Of a stretch of 64,000 nucleotides of DNA, positions 48,497 through 57,370 are shown in pieces (positions within the stretch are counted from its first letter, which is position 1; each line of letters opens with the position of its first letter). This DNA comes from Geopsychrobacteraceae bacterium (lineage in GTDB: Bacteria > Desulfobacterota > Desulfuromonadia > Desulfuromonadales > Geopsychrobacteraceae), in contig CAXXTB010000002.1 in assembly GCA_963676795.2 (NCBI GenBank), positions 384,001 to 448,000 of the forward strand, read 5' to 3'. The position numbers and the translations under genes were made by a program. The notes beneath the pieces were generated by a model. That model searched no databases. It had not been told where the DNA came from and worked only from the letters and a program-made list of their open reading frames with translations.

Positions 48497-49136
48497 GTTG
48501 AGTGATAAGGACCTTATTGCCAAGCGTGCCGCCCAGGAGCTCAAAGACGGCGATGTCGTCAATCTGGGTATCGGTCTGCCGACCCTGGTCTCCAACTTTG
48601 TACCGGAAGGAATCCATATTACCCTGCATGCCGAGAACGGCATCCTGGGGATGGGCCCTTCGAGCAAGGAAGGTACCGAGGACAGCGACATTATCAACGC
48701 CGGTGGTTCCCACGTTGATATCCTGCCGGGAGCAAGCTTTTTCGACAGTGCGACCTCTTTCGCTATTATCCGTGGTGGTCACATCGACATCACTATCCTT
48801 GGAGCTCTGCAGGTTGACGCCAAGGGGAATATCGCCAGCCACATGGTTCCTGGAAAAATGGTTCCAGGTATGGGCGGTGCTATGGACCTGGTCGCCGGTG
48901 CCAAGAAGGTTATCGTTGCCATGCAGCACACCGCAAAAGGCAGCCACAAGATCATGAAAGAGTGCACCCTGCCGTTGACCGGCGTTGGTGTCGTCGACAT
49001 GATCATTACCGATATGGGCGTTATGGAAGTCACCGAAAATGGACTTCTGCTCAAAGAGATCAAGCCAGGTGTCAAGCTGGAAGACGTTATTGCCGCAACT
49101 GACGCTGAACTGCTGCTGCCGGACGATATGGTCTGA
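48489..49136 (+). CDS. 3-oxoacid/acetoacetate CoA-transferase subunit B (AtoA/CtfB-like)
   Basis: VNLGIGLPT, catalytic AENG, GMGGAMDL. Confidence 0.92.
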   Translation: MAELSDKDLIAKRAAQELKDGDVVNLGIGLPTLVSNFVPEGIHITLHAENGILGMGPSSKEGTEDSDIINAGGSHVDILPGASFFDSATSFAIIRGGHIDITILGALQVDAKGNIASHMVPGKMVPGMGGAMDLVAGAKKVIVAMQHTAKGSHKIMKECTLPLTGVGVVDMIITDMGVMEVTENGLLLKEIKPGVKLEDVIAATDAELLLPDDMV

Positions 49137-49158
49137 TAAGCAGGTTTTGGCTGATACT

Positions 49159-49195
49159 AAAAAGGTCCCCGGATTGCTCCGGGGACCTTTTTTTT
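49159..49195. terminator. Bidirectional terminator
   Basis: AAAAAGGTCCCCGGA / TCCGGGGACCTTTTT. Confidence 0.9.
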
Positions 49196-49240
49196 GTCTA
49201 ATTGTCCGGGTTGGGGAGAAATGCTTGTCTGCTGGCGCTG

Positions 49241-49693
49241 TCAATCATAGACGCGCATGATTTTGTCGCGCGCGATATAGCTGACCTTGTTTTCAGTCAG
49301 AAAGGGGAGGAATCTGTCGCCCTGGTTGAGGAAGTCCTTCACCCGGTTTCGTTCCGTCGGCAGGTTGACGTGGATGACGGCAGAAATTTCATCCTCAAGC
49401 AGGGTCTGTAGCCGGATCTCATGTCTGCAGCCCAAGGTTGAGAGCGTGTCAAATTCTTCTTCAGCGGCGACACAGACGGAAACAACCAGCATCAGGTTGA
49501 TCAGCTCTATTCCATCGGCCGCCCGGATCGCAAGAAAACTTTCACTGCCGTTGAGGACCTCGCCGACCCTTTCCGGACCGCTCAGATGCTCACTGTGCAG
49601 CTGAAGAAAAATATCACCATAGAGCTGTTTGCCGGTCAGCAGGGTGATTTTTGCCGAGCGGGTAGCCACATCGATTTTCTGGGTAGTGTCCAT
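49241..49693 (-). CDS. Hypothetical protein with an internal two-domain repeat, directly downstream of pilT
   Basis: RVGEVLNGSESFL and RVKDFLNQGDRFL repeats; starts 7 bp after the pilT stop. Confidence 0.75.
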   Translation of the reverse strand: MDTTQKIDVATRSAKITLLTGKQLYGDIFLQLHSEHLSGPERVGEVLNGSESFLAIRAADGIELINLMLVVSVCVAAEEEFDTLSTLGCRHEIRLQTLLEDEISAVIHVNLPTERNRVKDFLNQGDRFLPFLTENKVSYIARDKIMRVYD

Positions 49694-49700
49694 AACATCC

Positions 49701-50759
49701 CTACTGACCGTTGGGCGCAGCAAATTGCGCCTTGTTGACCGCGAAACGACAGGCTTCTTCGCGGCTGACCCGCTGTTCGTCAACCAGTTGCTGCAGGGCC
49801 TGATCCATCAACTGCATTCCATCCTTGCGTCCAGTCTGAATGACCGAAGGCAGCTGGAAGGTTTTCCCCTCGCGAATGAGGTTGGCCGATGCCGCGTTGA
49901 CCTTGAGGATCTCCAGGGCAGCACAGCGCTTGCCATCGAGAGTGCGCAGCAACTGCTGGGCAACGACGCCGCGCAGCGACTCGGCCAGCATGGTCCGGAT
50001 TTGCTCCTGCTGGGTCGTTGGAAAGACATTGACCAGCCGGTCAACCGTTTTGGCCGCGCTGCTGGTATGCAGGGTGCCGAACACCAGGTGGCCGGTTTCG
50101 GCTGCCGTGACAGCGAGTTCTATGGTTTCCAGGTCGCGCATCTCGCCGACCAGGATGATATCCGGGTCTTCCCGCAGGGCGGCTTTGAGGGCCGAAGCGA
50201 AACTTTGGGTATGGACGCCGACCTCGCGCTGGTTGATCAGGCTTTGCTGGGTCCTGTGAACAAATTCGATCGGATCTTCTACTGTCAGGATATGTTCATT
50301 GCGGGTTCGGTTGATATGGTCGACCATGGCCGCCAGGGTCGTCGATTTTCCGCTGCCCGTCGGACCCGTGACCAGGACCAGGCCTTTCTTGTATTCGGTC
50401 AGATCGAGAACGGCTTTGGGCAGTCCGAGTTGCTCGACGGTAAGAATGGACGACGGAATGATGCGAAAGACGGCGCTGATGCCGAGTCGCCCCATGAATA
50501 TATTGGCCCGGAAGCGCGATTCGAGCTCCTTGACTTCATAAGCGAAGTCGAGATCAAGTCGTTCTTCGAATTCTGTCCGCTGTGCTTCGCTCATGATTTC
50601 ATAGAGCAGGGCTTTTTGCTGTTCGTGCGAAAGGGTCTGGTTAATAGCCGGTTTCAGTGAACCACTGGCCCTGATCATTGGCGGGTTGTCTGGGGACAGA
50701 TGTAAGTCAGAGCCGCCCTGTTGTTTCAGAATCTGAAAAAGCTTGTCTATTTTGGCCAT
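49701..50759 (-). CDS. pilT: Type IV pilus retraction ATPase (PilT paralog)
   Basis: GPTGSGKSTT, EDPIE, ALREDPD, AETGHLVFGTLH, ANLIRE. Confidence 0.93.
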   Translation of the reverse strand: MAKIDKLFQILKQQGGSDLHLSPDNPPMIRASGSLKPAINQTLSHEQQKALLYEIMSEAQRTEFEERLDLDFAYEVKELESRFRANIFMGRLGISAVFRIIPSSILTVEQLGLPKAVLDLTEYKKGLVLVTGPTGSGKSTTLAAMVDHINRTRNEHILTVEDPIEFVHRTQQSLINQREVGVHTQSFASALKAALREDPDIILVGEMRDLETIELAVTAAETGHLVFGTLHTSSAAKTVDRLVNVFPTTQQEQIRTMLAESLRGVVAQQLLRTLDGKRCAALEILKVNAASANLIREGKTFQLPSVIQTGRKDGMQLMDQALQQLVDEQRVSREEACRFAVNKAQFAAPNGQ

Positions 50760-51019
50760 GCTTTGCCCCGTACGAAAAATTTAATTTCTATAGGTTACCA
50801 GTCTTTTGTTGAAAATTCATTCATTCTAATATTTATAGAAGGTTAAAGAATTAATGTTAAACCGCTTCCCGGAGTCTGATTTCAGGGGAGAAAAAATGTT
50901 ATAGTTGTTGAGTATCACCTGTACATAAGACAGATGATGTGGTCAATGTGCAGTTTAGCAGCATCCTCTCGATCCGGTGTCGCAACAGACAGACGAACTT
51001 CAACTGTGAGGAGGCTACA

Positions 51020-51217
51020 ATGAAACTGAAGTGGACCAGAGAAACAGGGAAAACCAGACGCTTTACCTGTCTGGGAGATTATCGAAAAACTGAAGTTTTG
51101 CAACAGAGGAAGCCGGAATATTTTTTTGTTAGTGATGTCTACTATTCCGGTCAGGTCCCATTGGGGATTGTCGATATCGAAGGACGCGAAAAAGCAAGAC
51201 AATCCCTGCTGCACTGA
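51020..51217 (+). CDS. Small hypothetical protein (65 aa)
   Basis: GAGGAGG RBS and an immediate strong terminator. Confidence 0.6.
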   Translation: MKLKWTRETGKTRRFTCLGDYRKTEVLQQRKPEYFFVSDVYYSGQVPLGIVDIEGREKARQSLLH

Positions 51218-51220
51218 ACG

Positions 51221-51261
51221 AAAAAAGAGCCTCCCCGGCTATTGGGGAGGCTCTTTTTTTT
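51221..51261. terminator. Bidirectional terminator
   Basis: AAAAAAGAGCCTCCCC / GGGGAGGCTCTTTTTT. Confidence 0.9.
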
Positions 51262-51272
51262 GTCTGGACGTG

Positions 51273-51803
51273 CTAACGGGTCAGAACTACGTCGACGTGC
51301 AGTTCATCGGCAAGTTCCGATAACTCTTCTTCGAGTCGGTCAAAGGGGAGAGATTCCGGAACCTGAACATGAATTGTCATGCTGTAGATTGGAGCGCCAC
51401 TTTCGGGTGACGCACTGCAATTTGAATCGAGCTGGATGATGCTCAGGCTGCGATCGGCCAGAAACTGGCTGGTTTTGAAAACGATACCGGCCTGGTCCAG
51501 GCCGTCGATATTCAGGACGCAGGTCTTGTAGTTGTCGTTTGCTCTTTCCGGATTATCTGTCAGTGGCCGGACAAAAGCCGAGATCCCTTTTTCCACCTCG
51601 AGGCGGCGACAGTCCCTGACCAGGCGGTCCTGGATGTCCTCTGCGTTGCTGGAAAACAGCAGGCTGAGGGTAAACTCATCGGCCAGAATCGACATTGTCG
51701 TGTCGTCCAGATTGCAGTCGTTTTCGTAGAGCAGGCGGGTGACATCGGCGGCAATGCCGGGACGGTCTTTACCAAAAGCGGTCATGATGAAACGCTGAGT
51801 CAT
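51273..51803 (-). CDS. gcvR: Glycine cleavage system regulator-like protein (tandem ACT domains)
   Basis: GKDRPGIA and GLDQAGIV ACT motifs. Confidence 0.8.
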   Translation of the reverse strand: MTQRFIMTAFGKDRPGIAADVTRLLYENDCNLDDTTMSILADEFTLSLLFSSNAEDIQDRLVRDCRRLEVEKGISAFVRPLTDNPERANDNYKTCVLNIDGLDQAGIVFKTSQFLADRSLSIIQLDSNCSASPESGAPIYSMTIHVQVPESLPFDRLEEELSELADELHVDVVLTR

Positions 51804-52030
51804 AGGTTTCTCCTTGGCTGTATTGGTTGAATTAAAGCATAGATAAAGGCCTTAATAAAGAAAGAACAATCGATCGTCTGACCCTGTGAGATTTTCCTGC
51901 AAAAGGCCCCAGTCAGAGCTGCGATCTGTCTGTGCTTCTGGAATGATGAACAGGCATGGTCTTGTTGTGGATTGAGCGTTGTTATATATTTTTGCTACAG
52001 ACTATATGGTTTTTCTATTGTGAGGGCGTT

Positions 52031-52942
52031 ATGACCTTGGATCAATTATTGATTCTGACCAGAATCGCCGATACTGGCAGTGTCCTGGCGGCCGCCGAAT
52101 CGATCAACAGAACCCAGCCGACGGTCAGCGTGGCATTAAAAAATCTTGAGGCCGAACTGGATCTCGACCTACTTGACCGCAGCTCCTACCGGGCGAAGCT
52201 GACGCCGGAAGGAGAGCTGTTGTGCAAAAAAGCCAGAACAATTATTGCCGAGGTCGAAGAGTTGAAGACCCTGGCTCATTACCTGTCTGTCGGCCATGAG
52301 GCGGAGCTGCACCTGGCGATTGAAGCGGCCTGCCCCATGTCGCTTGTGCTGCAGATTCTCAAGAGCAGTGAAGATAAGTATCCGCAGACGGAATTCAATT
52401 TGGAAATTGAGAATATCTGGGGAGCGCTTGATAAGTTACAGTCGGGAAAGGTCGATCTGGCGATCAGCCCCTGGTATCAGGATATTCCACGCTTAGAGTC
52501 GATCTCCTTGATCAGGACCAGGCTGATGGTTGTGGCGACTCCCGATTTCTTTCCGCAGGGGAAGGAGCTGAACGTCGATCTGGTGAAGAATTTCGTGCAG
52601 ATTGTCGTCAAGGATTCGGGGCTGAAGCAGCACGATCAAAGGGGCGGGGTTATCGAGGACGGGCGACATTGGCAGGTCAGTGACCATGTCACCAAGAAAT
52701 CGCTGATTGTGGCGGGAATGGGCTGGGGCCGCTTGCAGGAACATCTGATCGAACTGGAACTGAAAGAGGGGAGTCTTCTTCCGTTGCAGATTCAGAATTA
52801 TCCGTCGGTGTCAGAGATCGATATCCGGGCGGTCAGACGCTACGGTGAAATTGTCGGTCCCGTTGCAAATGCCCTGTGGCAGGACCTGGCGACCCTGAAT
52901 CAGAAACAGGTCCGATCAGCGCAGGCCGATGGTCGAGAATAG
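52031..52942 (+). CDS. LysR family transcriptional regulator
   Basis: MTLDQL...GSVLAAA...TQPTVSVALKNLE, LTPEG, VDLAI. Confidence 0.95.
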   Translation: MTLDQLLILTRIADTGSVLAAAESINRTQPTVSVALKNLEAELDLDLLDRSSYRAKLTPEGELLCKKARTIIAEVEELKTLAHYLSVGHEAELHLAIEAACPMSLVLQILKSSEDKYPQTEFNLEIENIWGALDKLQSGKVDLAISPWYQDIPRLESISLIRTRLMVVATPDFFPQGKELNVDLVKNFVQIVVKDSGLKQHDQRGGVIEDGRHWQVSDHVTKKSLIVAGMGWGRLQEHLIELELKEGSLLPLQIQNYPSVSEIDIRAVRRYGEIVGPVANALWQDLATLNQKQVRSAQADGRE

Positions 52943-53365
52943 TTTTCCCAGCGTCTTGTTCAGCGGGTGTGATCTGTCGAGTCCCTTGATGATGGCCGGC
53001 TTGCGCAGCCCCAGCCCTTTCAGCTCGTTCATGATGGTCGGGTTCGGGCTTTGTCTCAATCCTTGGCGGAAGGTGGTTATCGCTTTATCCCGCTGGCCCG
53101 CGATGAGCAGAATCCTCCCGAGCATCAGGTGATGGAGTGAATTTGCCGGTTGTTTTTGCAGTGCGTTGTGGCACAGTTTGAGGGCGGCCTGAACGCGTCC
53201 TTCCATCCTGGCCAGACAGTAGGCCTGGCAGCTCTGGATTTCCGGATCGTTGCTGTGGCCGGAGATCTGGCTGAAATAGATCAACGCGGTTTGGCATTCG
53301 CCGTTTTTCGCTGCGGTTTTGCCCTTGAGGGAAATCTCTTCGAGTTGATTCAGATTTGGTTTCAT
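52916..53365 (-). CDS. Small TPR-like protein
   Basis: Helical TPR-like repeats (ALKLCHNAL...HLMLGRILL...AITTFRQGL); basic C-terminus. Confidence 0.75.
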   Translation of the reverse strand: MKPNLNQLEEISLKGKTAAKNGECQTALIYFSQISGHSNDPEIQSCQAYCLARMEGRVQAALKLCHNALQKQPANSLHHLMLGRILLIAGQRDKAITTFRQGLRQSPNPTIMNELKGLGLRKPAIIKGLDRSHPLNKTLGKLFSTIGLR

Positions 53366-53474
53366 ATCGACCTCCGAGGCTGCCTGTAGAGAAATTTTAC
53401 CAAATTACTTGGTAGAATGTATGCGGGAGGGAAAAAACAGCCGTCAAAAACGGCGTTCGGTGCGGGAGGAATTT

Positions 53475-53909
53475 ATGGCTTCGATGAAAGATATTCTGCA
53501 ACTTAAAGGGCAGGAGGTGTTGACCATCAACAGGGGCGAGACGGTTTTTGCCGCTCTGCAACTGATGGCGGAAAAGAATGTCGGGGCCCTGATCGTCACC
53601 GGTGACGATGGGCGGGTCGCTGGTATCTTCACCGAACGTGATTACGCGCGCAAGGTGATTCTGAAGGGGATTTCTTCATTGAATACCCCGCTGGAAAAGA
53701 TCATGACCGAGTCGGTCTGTTTCGTCGATCCGGAACTTTCTGTCGACGAAGGGATGGCCCTGATGACGGAAAAACGCTGTCGCCACCTTCCGGTTCTTGA
53801 TCAGGGCGAGCTGGTCGGTCTGGTATCGATCGGCGATCTGGTCAAGGCGGCGATTGAAGACAAGGAATTTATTATTGACCAGCTGACCCGCTACATCCAG
53901 TCGGGCTGA
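53475..53909 (+). CDS. CBS-domain protein
   Basis: VGALIV, GIFTERDYARK, RHLPV, GLVSIGDLVK. Confidence 0.93.
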   Translation: MASMKDILQLKGQEVLTINRGETVFAALQLMAEKNVGALIVTGDDGRVAGIFTERDYARKVILKGISSLNTPLEKIMTESVCFVDPELSVDEGMALMTEKRCRHLPVLDQGELVGLVSIGDLVKAAIEDKEFIIDQLTRYIQSG

Positions 53910-54432
53910 TAGGGCCGGGACAGATCCCGCTGAGCTGTCGCTCTATCTCTGCTGCAACCTCTTCTGCCGATTTTCCGTCGCATCCAACAGTGACTTCCGC
54001 CTCATTTTCGTAGAGTGGCGTGCGCTCCGCAAAAAGGTCGGCAAAGCTTTGTCCCTTGGCCATAACGAGCCCACGCTGTCCCATGTCAGCGATCCGTTTT
54101 TCGAGCTCTGCAAGCGATACCTGAAGATAGACGATATGTCCGTTCTCTCTGAGGTTCGCTATCCCTTTCGGGTAGTAAACCGCAGATCCGCCTGTGGCGA
54201 TAACGCTATATTCAAGTGTCAGACTGGTGATAACCTGCTCTTCGATATGGCGGAAATAGTCGAGTCCTTTACCGTCGATGACCTGTTGCAGGCGCATTCT
54301 TTCGCGCCCCTGAATCATCAGGTCGGTATCGAAGAACTGCAGGCCAGCTCTTTTGGCCAGGATGACCCCGACGGTACTTTTGCCGGCACCCGGCATTCCG
54401 ATCAGGACGATGTTGTTGCGCTCTGTTACCAT
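53872..54432 (-). CDS. aroK: Shikimate kinase
   Basis: LIGMPGAGKSTVG, DTD, VIATGGS, ERTPLY. Confidence 0.9.
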   Translation of the reverse strand: MVTERNNIVLIGMPGAGKSTVGVILAKRAGLQFFDTDLMIQGRERMRLQQVIDGKGLDYFRHIEEQVITSLTLEYSVIATGGSAVYYPKGIANLRENGHIVYLQVSLAELEKRIADMGQRGLVMAKGQSFADLFAERTPLYENEAEVTVGCDGKSAEEVAAEIERQLSGICPGPISPTGCSGSAGQ

Positions 54433-54455
54433 GATGTGACCTCCGCGGCCATTCT

Positions 54456-54633
54456 AGTTTTCATTCGGAAACGGCCCCTTTCCGCCGTGGCGGCGTCAAT
54501 CTGCGGGCTCGCTTGTGCGGCGTAAAGTCCTACGTCTTCTCGCAACCTCTTGATTTTCTAGTCACAACGGAAAATTGCTCGTTTCCAATCTGAAAACTTA
54601 CGCGTTGCCCTCCGTAGTTTCCGAATGGCAACA
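54456..54633. mobile_element. MITE-like element (about 178 bp)
   Basis: Inverted ends AGTTTTCATTCGGAAAC / GTTTCCGAATGGCAACA; flanking direct repeat ATTCT. Confidence 0.6.
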
Positions 54634-54703
54634 ATTCTAGCATCGATTTAGCGGGCCGCCCATGTTATCTTGGCCAACAGAAAAAAAATCAGGAGAGATG
54701 CGA

Positions 54704-55300
54704 ATGAAAGTACTGGCGATTAACGGTAGCCCCCGCAAGGACGGCAATACCGCGCTGATGATCAGAAGAATTTTTGAGCGTCTGGAAGCCGAACAAATTG
54801 AAACCGAAATGGTTCAACTGGCCGGTCAGTCGCTGCGCGGATGTACCGCCTGTATGGTCTGCAGGCAGCGCAAGGATCAACGCTGTGTTATCGAGGGGGA
54901 TATCCTCAATCAGCTGATCGAAAAGATGGTCGCGGCCGATGCTATCATCCTCGGTTCACCGACCTATTTCACCGATGTAACGGCCGAAATGAAAGCCCTG
55001 ATCGACCGGGCCGGAGTTGTTGCCCGCGGTAACGGCAGCCTGTTCCGGCGCAAAGTCGGTGTGGCTGTGACGGCACTGCGTCGCGGTGGCGCCCTGCACA
55101 CCCTGGAAACGCTGCAGAATTTCTTTCTGATCAACGAGATGATCATCCCCGGTTCGACCTACTGGAATCTCGGTTTCGGTAAGGGGCCCGGCGATGTTGC
55201 CGAGGACGCCGAAGGAATGGGAACGCTCGATTGTCTGGCCGACAACCTGGTCTGGCTGCTGAAGAAAATCTGTGACAAAAGTGAAGGGGTAGGCAGGTGA
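54704..55300 (+). CDS. Iron-sulfur flavoprotein / flavodoxin family protein
   Basis: GSPRKDGNT, CTACMVC...C, LGSPTY, KALIDR. Confidence 0.92.
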   Translation: MKVLAINGSPRKDGNTALMIRRIFERLEAEQIETEMVQLAGQSLRGCTACMVCRQRKDQRCVIEGDILNQLIEKMVAADAIILGSPTYFTDVTAEMKALIDRAGVVARGNGSLFRRKVGVAVTALRRGGALHTLETLQNFFLINEMIIPGSTYWNLGFGKGPGDVAEDAEGMGTLDCLADNLVWLLKKICDKSEGVGR

Positions 55301-55548
55301 CGAAACCGAATTATGAGGCTGGGATGCCGATCGCGATCACTCTGGAGCCAGGTGTCTATTTCCGCTGCACCTGTGGCAAGTCGGAGAGCCTGCCGTTCTG
55401 TGACGGCCATCATCAGGAAGGGGGGCACAGGCCGATCCGTTTTGAGCTTAAAAAACGCGAACGGGTCTATCTGTGTAGCTGCGGAAAATCTCAGAATCAG
55501 CCGCATTGCGATGGTAGCTGCGGCGTTTCCCTGCCCGTCGATGAATAG
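55297..55548 (+). CDS. CDGSH iron-sulfur domain protein (two motifs)
   Basis: CTCGKSESLPFCDGHH and CSCGKSQNQPHCDGSC. Confidence 0.9.
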   Translation: MTKPNYEAGMPIAITLEPGVYFRCTCGKSESLPFCDGHHQEGGHRPIRFELKKRERVYLCSCGKSQNQPHCDGSCGVSLPVDE

Positions 55549-55591
55549 TTTTTGGGCGTAGCCAGTCGAATGCTTGTCAGGTTTTGAAGGT

Positions 55592-56443
55592 ATGTACAGG
55601 ATAGTCACCCACCCGGGGAATGCCCATAAAGATGACTTCATGGCGGTCAGCCTGCTGCTCGCCATGTTCGATCAGGCCGAGGTTTTGCGGCGGGAAGCGA
55701 CGGCCGAAGACCTGGCCGATGAGGGAACCTATCTCATCGATGTCGGCATGGAACATGATCCGGCCCGGCATAACTTCGATCATCATCAGGACAGGTCGTT
55801 GCCCTGTGCTTTTCACCTGCTCATGCAGTACCTCGGTTTTCATGAAAAGGCCCGGAAGGTTTTCGGCTGGTATACCCATCTGAGCCAGATGGACGTGCGT
55901 GGCCCCCATCATGTCGCTGAGTCTCTCGGCGTTGACATCGGGGTTTTGTTTGCGGCATCCTCGCCGATCGATGGCTTCATCCTTTCCCGCTTCTCTGCCG
56001 TCAGCGTACTGCGCCCCGGAGATGCTCTTTATCAGCTGATGCGTGAGTTTGGTCAGGACCTGCTGGCGATGATGGCGAAAAAAGCGCGCCGCCTGGAAGA
56101 GCTTGAAGCTCAGGCCGAAGTCGTTCCCCTCGGTGAATACAAGGCGGTGGTCAGCAGGATTGCGGAGGAACCAAAGCTGTCGATGGAACTCTATTTGAAC
56201 CAGCTGAATGATCCGGCCGTCGTGATGAGCATCTTCCCTTCTAACCGAGGCTCCGGCTGGGAGCTGCTGCGTCTGGGGAACAACAGCCGGGTCGATTTCC
56301 GCCTGGTGGCCCACCACGACCAGATCCGCTTTGTTCACGTCAACGGTTTTGTTGCCAAGACCCGGACCCTAATGCCCCTGGAAGAGGTCCTGCCGATAGC
56401 CGCTGCGGCGATCTGTGACGGAAGACTGAGCGTCTGTCCTTAG
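55592..56443 (+). CDS. MYG1/UPF0160-like metal-dependent hydrolase
   Basis: THPGNAHKDD, IDVG...NFDHHQ, RFVHVNGFV. Confidence 0.75.
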   Translation: MYRIVTHPGNAHKDDFMAVSLLLAMFDQAEVLRREATAEDLADEGTYLIDVGMEHDPARHNFDHHQDRSLPCAFHLLMQYLGFHEKARKVFGWYTHLSQMDVRGPHHVAESLGVDIGVLFAASSPIDGFILSRFSAVSVLRPGDALYQLMREFGQDLLAMMAKKARRLEELEAQAEVVPLGEYKAVVSRIAEEPKLSMELYLNQLNDPAVVMSIFPSNRGSGWELLRLGNNSRVDFRLVAHHDQIRFVHVNGFVAKTRTLMPLEEVLPIAAAAICDGRLSVCP

Positions 56444-56523
56444 CAGGCCGTTGAAAAATTATCTGTGTTGCAATTGTTATCTGTGTTGCAATTGCTGCCT
56501 CGAAAACGCTTTTCAACACCCTG
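56444..56523. repeat. Degenerate MITE remnant with an internal 18-bp tandem duplication
   Basis: CAGGCCGTTGAAAA / TTTTCAACACCCTG ends; TTATCTGTGTTGCAATTG x2 at 56459-56494. Confidence 0.55.
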
Positions 56524-56536
56524 TCAGCCATTATGG

Positions 56537-57127
56537 CTAGGGCAGCTTTTCTCCCTCCTGGCCAAATTGCTCAAAGAACCAGTAGAACGCAAACATCAGC
56601 CCTGGTGTTTTGGCCAGGCTTTCGTCAAAGATAAAGTCCCTCGCCTGGTTCAACGGCAGGTATTCGAGCAGGATCTCTTCGGTCTGGATTCCTCCCCCTT
56701 CATGCACCTTGTGGCTGTCGTCTATCACTGAAAAATAGAGATGCTGGCGGTTGCCGCCGACACCGACGTTGGTGAAAAAAGAGCTGATCTTGTGGATCCT
56801 GTCGAGCGGAACATGATAGCCGCACTCCTCATCGATCTCTTCACGGGCAATATCTTCCAGTGATTTGTCCTTGTCGACAATGCCGGCGCACAGCTCGTAG
56901 GTGCAGCTGTGGCTCGGGTCGTTCATATAGACCGGTGGCCTGAACTGTTTGACCAGCAGAAAGGCCTGGCGCTGGCGGTGGAACAGCAGGACAGCGACGC
57001 TGTCGTGAGCCTGAACCGCTTCCCAGGAGCGTGCCTGGCCGTTCTGGGTGTAGCTGAGCCTGACCGGTTTGACGAACTGGTTTTCGGTCAGGGGGTGGAT
57101 CCTGAATTCGGAGATTCTGAATGACAT
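56537..57127 (-). CDS. NUDIX hydrolase (nucleotide-sugar diphosphatase type)
   Basis: HDSVAVLL, LVKQFRPPV, ELCAGIVD...AREEIDEECG. Confidence 0.9.
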   Translation of the reverse strand: MSFRISEFRIHPLTENQFVKPVRLSYTQNGQARSWEAVQAHDSVAVLLFHRQRQAFLLVKQFRPPVYMNDPSHSCTYELCAGIVDKDKSLEDIAREEIDEECGYHVPLDRIHKISSFFTNVGVGGNRQHLYFSVIDDSHKVHEGGGIQTEEILLEYLPLNQARDFIFDESLAKTPGLMFAFYWFFEQFGQEGEKLP

Positions 57128-57370
57128 GCTGTCTGCCTCTTGTCTGAAGGATTGCGGCAAGTTTGTCTCTATTCTGTCGCGCTGTGTCAGCTGATGATTG
57201 TTAATACGATTCAGCCGAAAAGTCGATGGCTATCACGGCTTCAAGATAGCGAATTACGATCTCCGCTGGTTTTTTTGCACTTTTGGCAGATTCGATTATT
57301 ATTTAATCTGTTCCCCCATCTTATTTGCTGCTTGCCGGGTGATTGATTTTTTCTCCACAGGACGCGCGCG

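Noticed and set aside
45395..48697. Long antisense ORFs (334, 478 and 304 aa) over the dehydrogenase, thiolase and CoA-transferase genes, and similar shadows over aceE, priA, pilT and gspE
   Set aside because: They are stop-poor mirror frames produced by the codon bias of real genes on the other strand and have no recognisable motifs.
52916..53909. 3' overlaps of convergent genes (LysR/TPR 27 bp; CBS/aroK 38 bp)
   Set aside because: Short convergent overlaps are common and all four ORFs look intact.
56459..56494. Possible mini CRISPR array
   Set aside because: Two adjacent 18-bp copies with no spacer and no cas genes.
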